DNA of 64,000 nt from Parachlamydiaceae bacterium (GCA_051384485.1 JBPQHD010000014.1:126048-190047); one strand, 5' to 3'. Shown: positions 46,446 to 56,447, counted from the first letter of the stretch. Numbers and translations are program-made. The notes: generated from the sequence alone by a model not told the origin.

Positions 46446-47789
46446 ATGCTTGCGATTGATCTTTTGGAAGCCTGGCAACAATTTTTAGCCTTTGCAAAAA
46501 AACGTTGTTCCGAAACTGCCTTTGGCAACTGGTTACAGCCCATCAAAGTTTTAGAATCTGGATCGACTGACGAAATCATCCTTGAAATCCCTAATATCTT
46601 CGTCAAAGAGTACCTACTTGCCAACTATCGAGAAGATTTAGCTGCCTTCTTACCTGTTAATGCCAATGGTGAACCAGCAATAAAGTTTGTCATTGCGGCG
46701 CCTGTCAAAAAACTGATCACCCCAGCAACACCGACGTTTACGCTCGAAGAAGATAAGCAGCCTTTGCTCGACGTCAAACTTAATTCCAATTACCGATTCG
46801 ACACCTTCATTGAAGGTCCTACAAACCAATTCGTGAAGTCGGCAGCTATGGGAATCGCAGCACGCCCCGGACAGTCGTATAATCCACTTTTTATCCATGG
46901 CGGAGTAGGTTTAGGAAAAACTCATATTTTGCATAGCATCGGGCATTACATCCATGCGAATCATAAAAATTTACGCGTGCAATGTATTACAACAGAGGCC
47001 TTTATCAACGATCTTGTTGATAACTTGCGCAATAAGTCGGTTGATCGAATGAAAAAATTTTATCGCTCTGATGTCGATGTTCTACTTGTAGATGATATTC
47101 AATTTCTACAAAACCGCCTCAACTTTGAAGAAGAATTTTGCAATACATTTGAAACGTTAATTAACCAGCACAAGCAAATAGTGATTACGAGCGACAAACC
47201 CCCTTCACAATTGAAATTATCTGAACGCATGATCGCAAGGATGGAATGGGGACTCGTGGCGCATATCGGTGTGCCAGAGCTAGAAACTCGTGTAGCTATT
47301 TTAACCGCAAAAGCTGAGCAAAAAGGTCTTTTCATCCCTAATAAGGTTGCCTTTTATATTGCCGAACATTTTGACCATAATGTTCGCCAACTAGAAGGAG
47401 CCATTAATCGTCTCAGTGCCCATTGCAAACTCCTTAACTTGACGATTACTGAGGAGCTTGTAGAACGGACATTGAGGGAGATGCTACCCCAAACGCCTAA
47501 ACAAAAAATTTCTGTCGAGCAGATCTTGAAAAGCGTAGCAACCATTTTTGAAGTTCGTGTCAGCGACCTAAGAGGATCAGGAAGAACAAAAGAAATCGCC
47601 CTTCCTCGTCAGGTTGCTATGTACCTTGCCAAAGTGATGATTAATGAATCTTTAATGATGCTGGGAGCATCCTTCGGGAAAACCCACTCAACCATTTTAC
47701 ACGCCTGTAAAACCATCGAGGAAAAGATGGCCAAAGATGAGACTTTACGCCGTCAAATCAGCATGGTTCGACGCAACATTGAACTTTAA
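46446..47789 (+). CDS. dnaA: Chromosomal replication initiator protein DnaA
   Basis: Walker [12 protein letters not shown], Walker [10 protein letters not shown], and the C-terminal DNA-binding region ..[13 protein letters not shown]...[10 protein letters not shown] are present. Confidence 0.95.
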   Translation: MLAIDLLEAWQQFLAFAKKRCSETAFGNWLQPIKVLESGSTDEIILEIPNIFVKEYLLANYREDLAAFLPVNANGEPAIKFVIAAPVKKLITPATPTFTLEEDKQPLLDVKLNSNYRFDTFIEGPTNQFVKSAAMGIAARPGQSYNPLFIHGGVGLGKTHILHSIGHYIHANHKNLRVQCITTEAFINDLVDNLRNKSVDRMKKFYRSDVDVLLVDDIQFLQNRLNFEEEFCNTFETLINQHKQIVITSDKPPSQLKLSERMIARMEWGLVAHIGVPELETRVAILTAKAEQKGLFIPNKVAFYIAEHFDHNVRQLEGAINRLSAHCKLLNLTITEELVERTLREMLPQTPKQKISVEQILKSVATIFEVRVSDLRGSGRTKEIALPRQVAMYLAKVMINESLMMLGASFGKTHSTILHACKTIEEKMAKDETLRRQISMVRRNIEL

Positions 47790-47795
47790 TTTTAA

Positions 47796-47833
47796 AGGTG
47801 CACCAATCCTTGTGGCACCTCTTTTGTCTTCTT
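47796..47833 (+). terminator. Probable intrinsic terminator after dnaA
   Basis: Stem AGGTGCAC/GTG(G)CACCT followed by CTTTTGTCTTCTT. Confidence 0.45.
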
Positions 47834-47884
47834 AAAAGTGTTTTTTATAAGCTCCTTTAGTAGGAAATTTATCTCATATCTGTT

Positions 47885-48979
47885 ATGAGAAATCAAACCC
47901 AGCCAAACTCTATGAGCAGATATTTACGCAGAAGAACCAAAAAGATCGGCATCCCTCCTGGAACTTTAATTTATACAGGAGATGACATTGAGCAGCATTT
48001 AGAAATTTCTGCCATTGCTTATGACGCCAATCATTATGAAAGAATGGATCATCTTTCCCTACCTAGATGCCAACAAATATTAAAAAATGAGCAAAAAAAA
48101 ATTTGGATTAATGTTTGTGGGATCAATGACTCTAATAAAATTTCAGAAATTGGAAAACTATTTAAGCTCCATCCTCTTTTACTAGAAGACATTATGAACC
48201 CCATTCAAAGGTCGAAGGTAGAAGACTACAAAAATTATCTTTTTATTGTTTCACGCATTCTGAAGTTAGCCAAAGAAAAACAGGGCCTAGAGGATGAGCA
48301 ATTCAGTTTAGTCGTAGGCCAGCACTACCTCATCACTTTTATAGAAAAAGACTCAACGGTTATTCAAACGGTCATAGAAAGGTTAAAAATAGCTGATACA
48401 CGCCTCAGAAGGCGCAATGTCGATTATTTAGCTTACTGTTTGTTAGACTCTATTGTCGATAATTACTTTTTTTACTTAGAGACAATTGATAATAGGATAG
48501 AAGGCTTAGAAGAGACTGTTTTAAACCATCCAAAAATTAGGACCCTTAGCGATATTCAAAATGCAAAGCGAGAAATGGCTTTTTTAAGGAAAAGCATCTG
48601 GCCCATGCGAGAAGTCATTAATCAGCTACGAAAAACAGATTCTACCCTCATTAGTGATGGAACAAAACTTTTTTTCTATGACGTTTATGACCATATCGTA
48701 CAGGTAATAGAAACGATTGAAGGTTTTCGAGAGCTTATTTCCGGAATGTTAGATATCTACATGTCTAATATCAATCAAAGAACAAATGAAATCATCAGAC
48801 TGTTAACGATCATCACCACCATTTTTGTTCCTTTAACGTTCATTGCTAGCCTTTATGGAATGAATTTTGAAAATATTCCTGGCTTACAATCTGCATGGGG
48901 CTTTCATGTCACCCTTGTTCTCATGCTATTTTCAGGAGTTGCAATGGTCTACTTTTTTAAAAAACGCCAATGGCTATAA
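47885..48979 (+). CDS. corA: Magnesium/cobalt transporter CorA
   Basis: Two C-terminal TM helices carry the signature YGMNF (ASLYGMNFENIPG). Confidence 0.9.
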   Translation: MRNQTQPNSMSRYLRRRTKKIGIPPGTLIYTGDDIEQHLEISAIAYDANHYERMDHLSLPRCQQILKNEQKKIWINVCGINDSNKISEIGKLFKLHPLLLEDIMNPIQRSKVEDYKNYLFIVSRILKLAKEKQGLEDEQFSLVVGQHYLITFIEKDSTVIQTVIERLKIADTRLRRRNVDYLAYCLLDSIVDNYFFYLETIDNRIEGLEETVLNHPKIRTLSDIQNAKREMAFLRKSIWPMREVINQLRKTDSTLISDGTKLFFYDVYDHIVQVIETIEGFRELISGMLDIYMSNINQRTNEIIRLLTIITTIFVPLTFIASLYGMNFENIPGLQSAWGFHVTLVLMLFSGVAMVYFFKKRQWL

Positions 48980-48988
48980 AAGGATAAA

Positions 48989-49978
48989 ATGGTAATGGAT
49001 ATAGATGCGTTAACAGTAAAAGTCCAAGCAACCAATCAGAAATTTAAAAATGTGCAGGAGGAAATCAGTAAGGTCATTGTTGGACAAAAATCACTGATTG
49101 AAGGTCTCCTCATTGCCTTGTTAGCCGAAGGGCACCTCCTGTTAGAAGGCCTACCTGGATTAGCTAAAACACTCGCAGTCACTACATTAAGCCAAGTTAT
49201 CGACTGTCAGTTTAAACGGATTCAGTTTACTCCTGATTTGCTACCGGCAGATTTAATAGGAACATCCATTTATAACCCCAAAGACACCACCTTTTCTATT
49301 AGCAAAGGCCCCATTTTCACCAATATCCTTCTTGCCGACGAGATTAACCGTGCACCAGCTAAAGTTCAATCAGCTCTTCTAGAAGTCATGCAAGAAAAGC
49401 AAGTGACCATCGCTGGACAAACCTTTAAAATTGCTGAGCCCTACCTTGTTTTAGCAACACAAAATCCGATCGAACAAGAGGGTACTTACCACTTGCCCGA
49501 AGCTCAAACCGATCGTTTTATGATGAAAATCAAAATTGACTACCCAACTAAGGAGGAAGAAGAAGAAATCTTAAAAAAGATGGCTACCTTAGGAGAAAAG
49601 CCAACTGTTGAACAAGTTTTAAGTATTGATGAGCTTCTCTATGCGCGTACGGTCGTCAACCGGATCTATATAGATCCTAAGCTTACCGATTATATTCTGG
49701 ATATCGTGTTTGCTACACGATATCCAGAAAAATACCAACTCGACCTTGAAAACCTTATTTTATATGGTGCCTCACCTCGAGCGAGCATAGCTCTTGTCAT
49801 CGCATCGAAGGCCCATGCATTCCTATCAAATCGAGGCTATGTTACGCCTTATGACGTTAAACGAGTCGCTTACAATGTACTTCGCCATCGTTTGAAGTTA
49901 ACCTATGAAGCAGAGGCCGAGGAACTCTCGGCTGATGAAATCTTAAATCGTATCTTCGATCGCCTATTGGTCCCTTAA
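48989..49978 (+). CDS. MoxR-family AAA+ ATPase
   Basis: Walker A EGLPGLAKT, Walker B/sensor region LLADEINRAPAKVQSALLEVMQE, and ATQNPIEQEGTYHLPEAQTDRF are present. Confidence 0.9.
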   Translation: MVMDIDALTVKVQATNQKFKNVQEEISKVIVGQKSLIEGLLIALLAEGHLLLEGLPGLAKTLAVTTLSQVIDCQFKRIQFTPDLLPADLIGTSIYNPKDTTFSISKGPIFTNILLADEINRAPAKVQSALLEVMQEKQVTIAGQTFKIAEPYLVLATQNPIEQEGTYHLPEAQTDRFMMKIKIDYPTKEEEEEILKKMATLGEKPTVEQVLSIDELLYARTVVNRIYIDPKLTDYILDIVFATRYPEKYQLDLENLILYGASPRASIALVIASKAHAFLSNRGYVTPYDVKRVAYNVLRHRLKLTYEAEAEELSADEILNRIFDRLLVP

Positions 49979-50862
49979 TGGCTGATAAACTATCTTCTCA
50001 TGATTTAAAAGCAATTCGACGTCTTCATATCTATCTTGAGCACTTGGCAACCGATTTGCTAGCGGGCATCTATCGATCTAGCTTTAAGGGCAAAGGGATG
50101 GAATTTGAGGAGGTCAGAGAATATGTCCCGGGCGATGACATCCGAGCCATCGACTGGAACGTCACTGCCAGAATGAACCATCCCTTCGTAAAAAATTTCC
50201 GTGAGGAGAGAGAAGCCACGATCATACTTATGGTTGACATTTCCGCCTCGTTGCAATTTAGCCAATCCAGCCGTTTCAAAAGTCAAATTCTTGCTGAAAT
50301 TGCCGGAGCGATTGCTTTTTCAGCCATTAAGAATCAGGACAACATTAGCTTGATCCTATTCTCTGATCATATAGAAAAGCATCTTCCTCCCTCCAAGGGA
50401 ACTCGACATGTTCTACGCATCATTCGAGATTTAATAGCCTTTAAAGCACAAAGCCGCCGAACTAACATTGCTAAGGCACTATCTTTTTTAGGAAAAGTGC
50501 AGAAAAAACGAGCGGTTGTTTTTCTCCTTTCAGATTTTTTAGATGACCATTTTTTCCACGAAGCTGCCATTGTATCTAAAAAACATGACCTTATCGGCAT
50601 CAAAGTGAGTGACCCTTTAGAAAGCCAATTTCCTGATATTGGACTTGCACGTTTTGAAGATTTAGAAACAGAAGAATGCGTATTTATCGATACTTCAGAA
50701 GAATCCTTTAGCAAAAATATTCAGCTAAATGCCGAAAAGCGAAGCCACTTATTAGCCACTCGGTTGGCTAAGTTAAAAATCCCCTTAGCAGAAGTAAAGA
50801 CAAACCAAAATTACCTTTCCATTCTAAAGCAGCTATTCCAAAAACATAGAAGTAGACAATGA
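49978..50862 (+). CDS. DUF58-family protein (vWA-like, MoxR partner)
   Basis: FEEVREYVPGDDIRAIDW is the signature DUF58 motif. The start overlaps the moxR stop (TAATG). Confidence 0.85.
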   Translation: MADKLSSHDLKAIRRLHIYLEHLATDLLAGIYRSSFKGKGMEFEEVREYVPGDDIRAIDWNVTARMNHPFVKNFREEREATIILMVDISASLQFSQSSRFKSQILAEIAGAIAFSAIKNQDNISLILFSDHIEKHLPPSKGTRHVLRIIRDLIAFKAQSRRTNIAKALSFLGKVQKKRAVVFLLSDFLDDHFFHEAAIVSKKHDLIGIKVSDPLESQFPDIGLARFEDLETEECVFIDTSEESFSKNIQLNAEKRSHLLATRLAKLKIPLAEVKTNQNYLSILKQLFQKHRSRQ

Positions 50863-51815
50863 CTTTTCTGATCTTTTTGCTAGGTTTTACCTCGTTGTAT
50901 GGAGAAACGCTTTGGGAACATCAGGAGGGGCCTTTTCAAGCCTACTTAGAGGGCCCTACCAGGCCGATTAAACCAGATGAAATTTTTAACCTCACTCTAT
51001 TTATACGCTATCCAAGCCGCTATCAAGTTCGAATATCTGAAGATTGGCCCTTCTCCCCTTTATCAGCTTTCGCTCTGCAAGTACAGGAAAGGAGTACAAC
51101 AAAAGAACAGGATCACGAACTCCTCTCTATTCGGTATCAATTAACACCTATTCTAACAGGACAAACTCAAATACAACTTGCCGCCATCCTGTTTTTAAAC
51201 GGCCAACTTGTCCTAAGCACCTTCTATCCCCCTCTCATTAACTTTACGATTGACCCCATCCCCTCAGTTCCGCTTCTTCAGGAAGAACCTTTGCTTCGCT
51301 TAGATAACCTAGACCCTATGGAAATGAACCGTAAAAATAGGCTATCTTTTGAAAAAAAAATACCTTATGTCGACTATATTTCTCTTTTGCATAAACGCTC
51401 TTTTCCCATAAAAAACTTAGTGATCGCTCTGTTCTTAATCTTTCTGCTACCTGTCACCATTATTTTACTCAAAAACAAAAGAAGTGAGAGAAAACAACTA
51501 TCCAGCCGAACAAAGCTTTTAAACTACCTAAAAACTATTCACCCAAGTGCTCAAGAAGATCCTGTTTCTGCCTATCAAGATATTAATCTTCTTTTTCGGT
51601 TTTACATCCAAGATACATTGAACCTACGAGCTTCTCACCTAACAACAGAAGAACTATTAGTTACACTATCTCAAAGAGAAGAAATGAGTGAAAATAAAAA
51701 GGGGCTTTTAAAGAAGCTATTAATGGAGTCAGATCGAATCAAATTTAAAGGTAAAATTCCAACCTACAAAGATTTAGAATTATCTCTCAAACTCATTAAT
51801 GAAATAGTTCATTAA
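50859..51815 (+). CDS. Hypothetical membrane protein of the MoxR/DUF58 (Bat-like) operon
   Basis: ATGA overlap with the DUF58 gene. It has a signal-like N-terminus, a central TM helix LVIALFLIFLLPVTIILL and a helical C-terminus. Any resemblance to BatD is positional only. Confidence 0.5.
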   Translation: MTFLIFLLGFTSLYGETLWEHQEGPFQAYLEGPTRPIKPDEIFNLTLFIRYPSRYQVRISEDWPFSPLSAFALQVQERSTTKEQDHELLSIRYQLTPILTGQTQIQLAAILFLNGQLVLSTFYPPLINFTIDPIPSVPLLQEEPLLRLDNLDPMEMNRKNRLSFEKKIPYVDYISLLHKRSFPIKNLVIALFLIFLLPVTIILLKNKRSERKQLSSRTKLLNYLKTIHPSAQEDPVSAYQDINLLFRFYIQDTLNLRASHLTTEELLVTLSQREEMSENKKGLLKKLLMESDRIKFKGKIPTYKDLELSLKLINEIVH

Positions 51816-51965
51816 TTTTTTTGACAAACAAACTAATTTTAATTTATACCCAAAATTAACTACACAACACAAGATTAATACTGATATTTATCCACTTTAT
51901 TAAATTAAAACTATCACGAATCGTTGATTAAAGTTTTTTTATATAAATAACGATTAGGAAATAAT

Positions 51966-52379
51966 ATGAGTATTGAAATTAGTTTAACAATCCTTGCTCT
52001 TTCATCTCTCTTCCTGACTATTCTTATCCTTATTCTAATATTTTTTGTGATTAAGGCCCTCGTTCGGGTGCAATCAATGACAGAAAAACTATCAGAGCAA
52101 GCAGAAAAAACACTACTGAACGGCACAGAAATCGCCGAGAAAATTAAAGATAGTATTGACGCTACTAAACCCATGTTTGACTCTATTGCCAAGATAGGCG
52201 TCATCATGCATGACTGTTCAGAAAAAGTTTCTTGCGACATCAAAACTAGACAGCTGCGAAAAATTGTCCCTCTTAGCAAAAAAAAACATGAAAGCAAGTT
52301 TGCTGACATTTTGGAGTTTGTAGGGTTAGGGCTACTATTATGGCACAAATTAAAAAAAGGAGTAGAAGATGATGAGTAG
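51966..52379 (+). CDS. DUF948-like membrane-anchored coiled-coil protein
   Basis: AGGAAA RBS. N-terminal TM helix LTILALSSLFLTILILILIFFVI followed by a helical region (SEQAEKTLLNGTEIAEKIKDSIDATKPMFDSI). Confidence 0.55.
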   Translation: MSIEISLTILALSSLFLTILILILIFFVIKALVRVQSMTEKLSEQAEKTLLNGTEIAEKIKDSIDATKPMFDSIAKIGVIMHDCSEKVSCDIKTRQLRKIVPLSKKKHESKFADILEFVGLGLLLWHKLKKGVEDDE

Positions 52380-52953
52380 AAGAAAAGAAGACACCTGCTG
52401 TCATACTGATGCACATGGTGTCATGATTGGGTTAATTTCCGGGGCAGTGCTTGGAGCTGCAACAGCGTTCTTGCTATCGACCAAGGCGGGAGAAACATTC
52501 AAGGAAAACCTTTGTGAAGCCTGCGAAGACTGGTCTGAAAAAACGAAACATTTCACAGAATCTATATCAGAAAACTATCTTGGGTATCCCAAAAAAAGAC
52601 CTAACGACCATCTAATAAAAGTGATAGGAGGATTAGCCGGAAGTATTTTGGGAATCTCTGCTCTTATATTTTTAAGCTCAGATGCTTCTAAGGCGCTAAG
52701 ACAACAATTATTTCATTCCTTTGAGTCCCTTTCAGCAAAAAGCCAACAAATGGCTCATGACTTCACTGATAGAGCTAGTGACACTTACGATCAGGCCCAC
52801 GATCAAATTGAGTCATGGGTTAAAGCTGCACGGGAAGCTATGCATGATTATAACTCTAAATACGACCTATCCCGTACTCTACCGGAAAAAGCTGTATACT
52901 GGGCTCTTGTCGGTATTAAACTATTCCAAAGCCTCAAGAAAGAGGGAAAATAA
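52369..52953 (+). CDS. YtxH-domain protein
   Basis: GLISGAVLGAATAFLLSTKAGETFKENL matches the YtxH pattern (Gly-zipper helix followed by xSGxExR-like). Confidence 0.6.
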   Translation: MMSRRKEDTCCHTDAHGVMIGLISGAVLGAATAFLLSTKAGETFKENLCEACEDWSEKTKHFTESISENYLGYPKKRPNDHLIKVIGGLAGSILGISALIFLSSDASKALRQQLFHSFESLSAKSQQMAHDFTDRASDTYDQAHDQIESWVKAAREAMHDYNSKYDLSRTLPEKAVYWALVGIKLFQSLKKEGK

Positions 52954-52954
52954 T

Positions 52955-53422
52955 ATGACAAAGCTAAAAAATGTTGCCACAGGAGCAGCATTGGGAACCT
53001 TGTTAGGTTCAATTGCGCTTGCATTGTACTCTAAAAGGGTTGAAATCTTGGAAGTCTGGCTTGAACACACTCATCAGCTGGGGGACAAAACAAGAGAGCG
53101 CCAGGATCATCTTGTTGGAGGGAACAAGAAAGAAGGCGCTTGCCATCTCCATTTAACAGGGATGGCAGGAGTATTTTTTGGTGAGCACAATAGAGACGCT
53201 AACAATCAACTCTATTTAGCAGGATTGATAGGAGTCATTTTGGGTGCAGGGATAGGGCTTATACTAGCTCCACAATCCGGCAAGGAGCTAAGAGCCCAGA
53301 TCAGGGAAGCCTGTCATACGTTGGTTGATAAGAAAATTGAAGAGCTGTTCCGCTGTTTAAAAGCTCATCAACAAGAAGCACAAGAAACTTCATCGAATCA
53401 GGAAAGCGAAGTAAAAGAATAG
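52955..53422 (+). CDS. YtxH-domain protein (second copy)
   Basis: The ATG at 52955 is preceded by GAGGGA. N-terminal GAALGTLLGSIALALY and internal LIGVILGAGIGLILAPQSGKELRAQIRE (canonical YtxH motif) are present. Confidence 0.6.
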   Translation: MTKLKNVATGAALGTLLGSIALALYSKRVEILEVWLEHTHQLGDKTRERQDHLVGGNKKEGACHLHLTGMAGVFFGEHNRDANNQLYLAGLIGVILGAGIGLILAPQSGKELRAQIREACHTLVDKKIEELFRCLKAHQQEAQETSSNQESEVKE

Positions 53423-54373
53423 TCAAAATGAGAGATCATCTCCCCATCCTTTTTTTCTGGCATCCTTATAGAAGGCCTTATCCTTTTTTGATAGGGTCTT
53501 TTTCTGGATGCCAGCAGCTGTGCATAAGGTAAAATTAACATGTCCTGTATGCTTGGTAGGATGGCGTACAATTCGCGCAGTCGGAACCACTGCTTTCTGC
53601 TTAGAAATAGCAATATAAGAAAACTTTTCATCCTCGTAGGCTAAAGCAGCTTGTTTCACCAAACGGTGGCTTTTGTTTCTTTCTAGCCTCACATTAAAAT
53701 GGCACCAGTCATCGTAAGACATAGGACAGCTATCGGCATGTGGGCAGGGAGCTATCGGAAAACCACCCTGATCAATCAAGTGTTGTCTTATCAATTTAAT
53801 TCTTTCAAAACCTCTTGGTGTTCCTGGTTCAATAATGGCAAACACACCACTGACTTTTGGCCAAACTTTATTAAGCAGGTGAATAAGGTCTTGCTGTTCT
53901 AGTTCTCCAAGAGAATAGGAAGCCACAACTAGATCAAAATTTTTCTCTAACTCTAGCTGTTTTAGGTCCTTTAATTCCCAGCATGGGTAGCTTCCCAATG
54001 CATTCATGATTTTCTTACCAAAATCTATGAATTCACTATCTCTTTCCACTAGGTGAGCTGATTTTATCCCACCAAACACTTCCTGGGCAGCTAGAAAAGC
54101 TGTCCCTGGGCCCGCACCCAAATCCAAAAAAGAGTTAGGTGAAAGAGGATAAATGCCACTTAGCTTGCTGAGAACTTCTGTCACCGCCGCAAATGTGGCT
54201 GGGAAACGAGCCACTAGATAAGCGTACTTTTGTTCTTTATCCTTGAGCAGGGGCAAGGAGGAGCCTCTTTCTTTATAAAAAGAGCTGAGCTCGGAATAGG
54301 CCTTTGTTAATCGCCCTTGGGGAATCGAGGAAACAACATGGTCGAGAACGTCTTCTAACTTTTCAGGTAACAT
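53423..54373 (-). CDS. Rsm22-like class I SAM-dependent methyltransferase
   Basis: SAM motif FLDLGAGPGTA and C-terminal Cys/His cluster APCPHADSCPM...WCHF, as in the Rsm22/COG5459 family. Confidence 0.7.
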   Translation of the reverse strand: MLPEKLEDVLDHVVSSIPQGRLTKAYSELSSFYKERGSSLPLLKDKEQKYAYLVARFPATFAAVTEVLSKLSGIYPLSPNSFLDLGAGPGTAFLAAQEVFGGIKSAHLVERDSEFIDFGKKIMNALGSYPCWELKDLKQLELEKNFDLVVASYSLGELEQQDLIHLLNKVWPKVSGVFAIIEPGTPRGFERIKLIRQHLIDQGGFPIAPCPHADSCPMSYDDWCHFNVRLERNKSHRLVKQAALAYEDEKFSYIAISKQKAVVPTARIVRHPTKHTGHVNFTLCTAAGIQKKTLSKKDKAFYKDARKKGWGDDLSF

Positions 54374-54464
54374 GTAAAATTTTTAAGTTAAATTTTTTAA
54401 AATTATGCCCAAATATTATTAAATTAATAATAAATATCCTCATCATATGTTATATAGCTTCTGG

Positions 54465-55322
54465 TTAGCTCTTGCTCGGTTTTGTTTTTGTAACGGTAAA
54501 ATCTAAAATATCGGGAAACTCAGCGTACCCTTGAAAGGCGTTTTGAAAGTCTTGAGTAGCAAGAAGAAGGGGGTAGTCCTTGTCTACCAGATCATATAAC
54601 TCCATTCTTTTTTCAAGGATTTGATTTACAATGATCTCATCCCCTCTAAAGAAAGCTAATAGGATTTCTTTTGGAGCTAAGAAGGCTCTGACTTGAGTTT
54701 TTTTACCCTCCGACAAAAAATCATAAAAGGAGATGGTTGAGCACTCCCTTCCACCCTTCCTCTCATCAGGATTTCTCTTTAGGAGGAAATACCAAAATCT
54801 TTGAAGGTCGGGATCTTTTAGATCGAGTTTATTTAGTCCAACCATATTCTCGATCTTTTCGGTCGCGAACCCCTTTAGAGTTGATAGCAAGGCATCTAAG
54901 AAGTTAGGGTTCTTTTGTTCGATTTCCCTATAAAAATTTTCTCTACCATAAATCTGGCTAATTAGGTTCTTAATGAGAAGGTCAAATTGATCTTGCTGTT
55001 CCGTCGTCAAATTCTTTGTCTTTCCAACAAGCACTCTAAAATTAATCATTTTTGACCCTTTACTTGTTGCTCTCTTTTCCTTTGATTCATCTTCGAGGGG
55101 CCTTCCTAGAGAATCCGGTTCTTCTTGCGATGCTGTCTTATCAGATGGTTGCATCTTAAAGGCCTCTTCCACCTTTTTATTATAAGCGCAGTTTTCCTCC
55201 AGTTTCATGTAGCGAACCCATGTCGCCTGAGAAAGAGCCTGCCGATAAAACACGCGAACCTCCCCATAACTGATAGATGCTAATACCATCAATAGAGCTG
55301 AAACAAAAATCAACAAGTTCAT
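54465..55322 (-). CDS. Hypothetical membrane-anchored protein, last gene of the T2SS pseudopilin cluster (possible GspK analogue)
   Basis: N-terminal hydrophobic helix LLIFVSALLMVLASISY without the FTLxE motif. Its start overlaps the stop of the preceding pseudopilin gene. Confidence 0.5.
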   Translation of the reverse strand: MNLLIFVSALLMVLASISYGEVRVFYRQALSQATWVRYMKLEENCAYNKKVEEAFKMQPSDKTASQEEPDSLGRPLEDESKEKRATSKGSKMINFRVLVGKTKNLTTEQQDQFDLLIKNLISQIYGRENFYREIEQKNPNFLDALLSTLKGFATEKIENMVGLNKLDLKDPDLQRFWYFLLKRNPDERKGGRECSTISFYDFLSEGKKTQVRAFLAPKEILLAFFRGDEIIVNQILEKRMELYDLVDKDYPLLLATQDFQNAFQGYAEFPDILDFTVTKTKPSKS

Positions 55323-55990
55323 GTGTGGTAGACCACTCTTGCATGAGGTAAAGGAAGAGAATAGGTCACCGATTGATCATCGATCACTATTTTAAAACGT
55401 ATGATCGCTGGTAATTCTTTAAACTCCTTTCGCCAATGATTGAGCCATTTAGATAAGCGCAGTTCCTCGCTCGCAGCTTGATCTTGAGCTAGATCTGTTT
55501 TCGCGTTGACAAAGAACTCCATGCTTAGTTCTTGGACTCCTTCGGCGAGGATTTCCTGATGAAAGCTTGGTTGGCTATCTTCTTTCCAGTCGGATCGATC
55601 TTGCCAAGTCATCAGCGTTAGCTTTTTTTCCGGGTCAACATAAAGGCGGGCTAACACAACGCCGTTTAAGGCAAGATCAGTTGTTGTATCATTGCGATAG
55701 GAAAAAATAAGGTTAGCTGTTCCAGGAAGAAAAAGACTTAGATGTTCATGAGTCGAAGTAAAGAAAAATGTTGTTGCATTATCCGGCTGAATAAGTTTTA
55801 ACGTAAGATCACTTAGTCGGTTCTGCAAGTACCTTAGCTTAAAACCCTCAACAGAGGCTCTTTCATTTAGCACACTTATTTGGCTCATTTGAAAATAATA
55901 AAATAAGAGAGAACTCATGATGAGTGTCGCCAAGATGAGAGCCACGATGACTTCAATTAGAGTAAATGGACGCTTATGAATTTTTTTCAT
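55319..55990 (-). CDS. Minor pseudopilin-like protein (GspJ position)
   Basis: Leader plus N-terminal helix MKKIHKRP-FTLIEVIVALILATLIM. I chose the start at 55990 for a leader of normal length. Confidence 0.7.
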   Translation of the reverse strand: MKKIHKRPFTLIEVIVALILATLIMSSLLFYYFQMSQISVLNERASVEGFKLRYLQNRLSDLTLKLIQPDNATTFFFTSTHEHLSLFLPGTANLIFSYRNDTTTDLALNGVVLARLYVDPEKKLTLMTWQDRSDWKEDSQPSFHQEILAEGVQELSMEFFVNAKTDLAQDQAASEELRLSKWLNHWRKEFKELPAIIRFKIVIDDQSVTYSLPLPHARVVYHT

Positions 55991-56447
55991 TTTTCTTGTC
56001 TTCAATGTTGCCATGAGTCAAATCCCGAATCACAATGAATTCATAAGCAAACTTAGCTTTTTCTTTGTTCAAACTAGATTCAAATTCAAAATCAACTTCC
56101 CACAACTCAGTATGGTAACTAGCTTCTTTGGTTTTATCCGGCTTTAATTTTTTAAAGCTGAATACCCCTTTCCAAAGGCTGCTATCTCCTAAGTGTCTCG
56201 GCTCTAACGGATACTGCCTTGATCCTTCTAAAAAAGAATACGAAATTTTATGCATAGCAAGATCTTCATAGACAACCGAAAAAGCATGGTTTGCAACTTG
56301 ATGCATACCCATACTTTGAATCATTTTTTGCTGTTCCCGCCCAATAAAAGCAAAAGACGAGATGAGGACCGGTAATGCCATTGAAATTAATAAAATGGCT
56401 ATCAAAACCTCCATCAAAGTAAAATGCTGTTTCTTATGCCTTATCAT
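55974..56447 (-). CDS. Minor pseudopilin-like protein (GspI position)
   Basis: MIRHKKQH-FTLMEVLIAILLISMAL. Confidence 0.7.
   Translation of the reverse strand: MIRHKKQHFTLMEVLIAILLISMALPVLISSFAFIGREQQKMIQSMGMHQVANHAFSVVYEDLAMHKISYSFLEGSRQYPLEPRHLGDSSLWKGVFSFKKLKPDKTKEASYHTELWEVDFEFESSLNKEKAKFAYEFIVIRDLTHGNIEDKKNEKNS

Noticed and set aside
46238-46624. 128-aa minus-strand ORF overlapping the dnaA start.
   Set aside because: It overlaps the 5' end of a confidently identified dnaA and extends into the AT-rich upstream region. It has no RBS or motif, so I treated it as spurious.
51888-51896. Near-perfect DnaA box TTATCCACT upstream of the DUF948-like gene.
   Set aside because: It is a single isolated 8/9 match far from dnaA, with no clustering. 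Such a match is expected by chance in AT-rich spacers.
51914-52414. 166-aa minus-strand ORF opposite the DUF948-like gene.
   Set aside because: The plus-strand ORF has an RBS (AGGAAA), a clean TM-plus-helix architecture, and translational linkage to the next gene. The minus-strand product is Ser/Cys/Phe-rich with no start context, so it is most likely a shadow ORF.
52721-52954. Long N-terminal extension of the third small stress-like gene (the ORF track starts at 52721).
   Set aside because: The extension overlaps the preceding YtxH gene in another frame. An ATG at 52955 with a GAGGGA RBS directly follows that gene's stop, so the shorter form was preferred.
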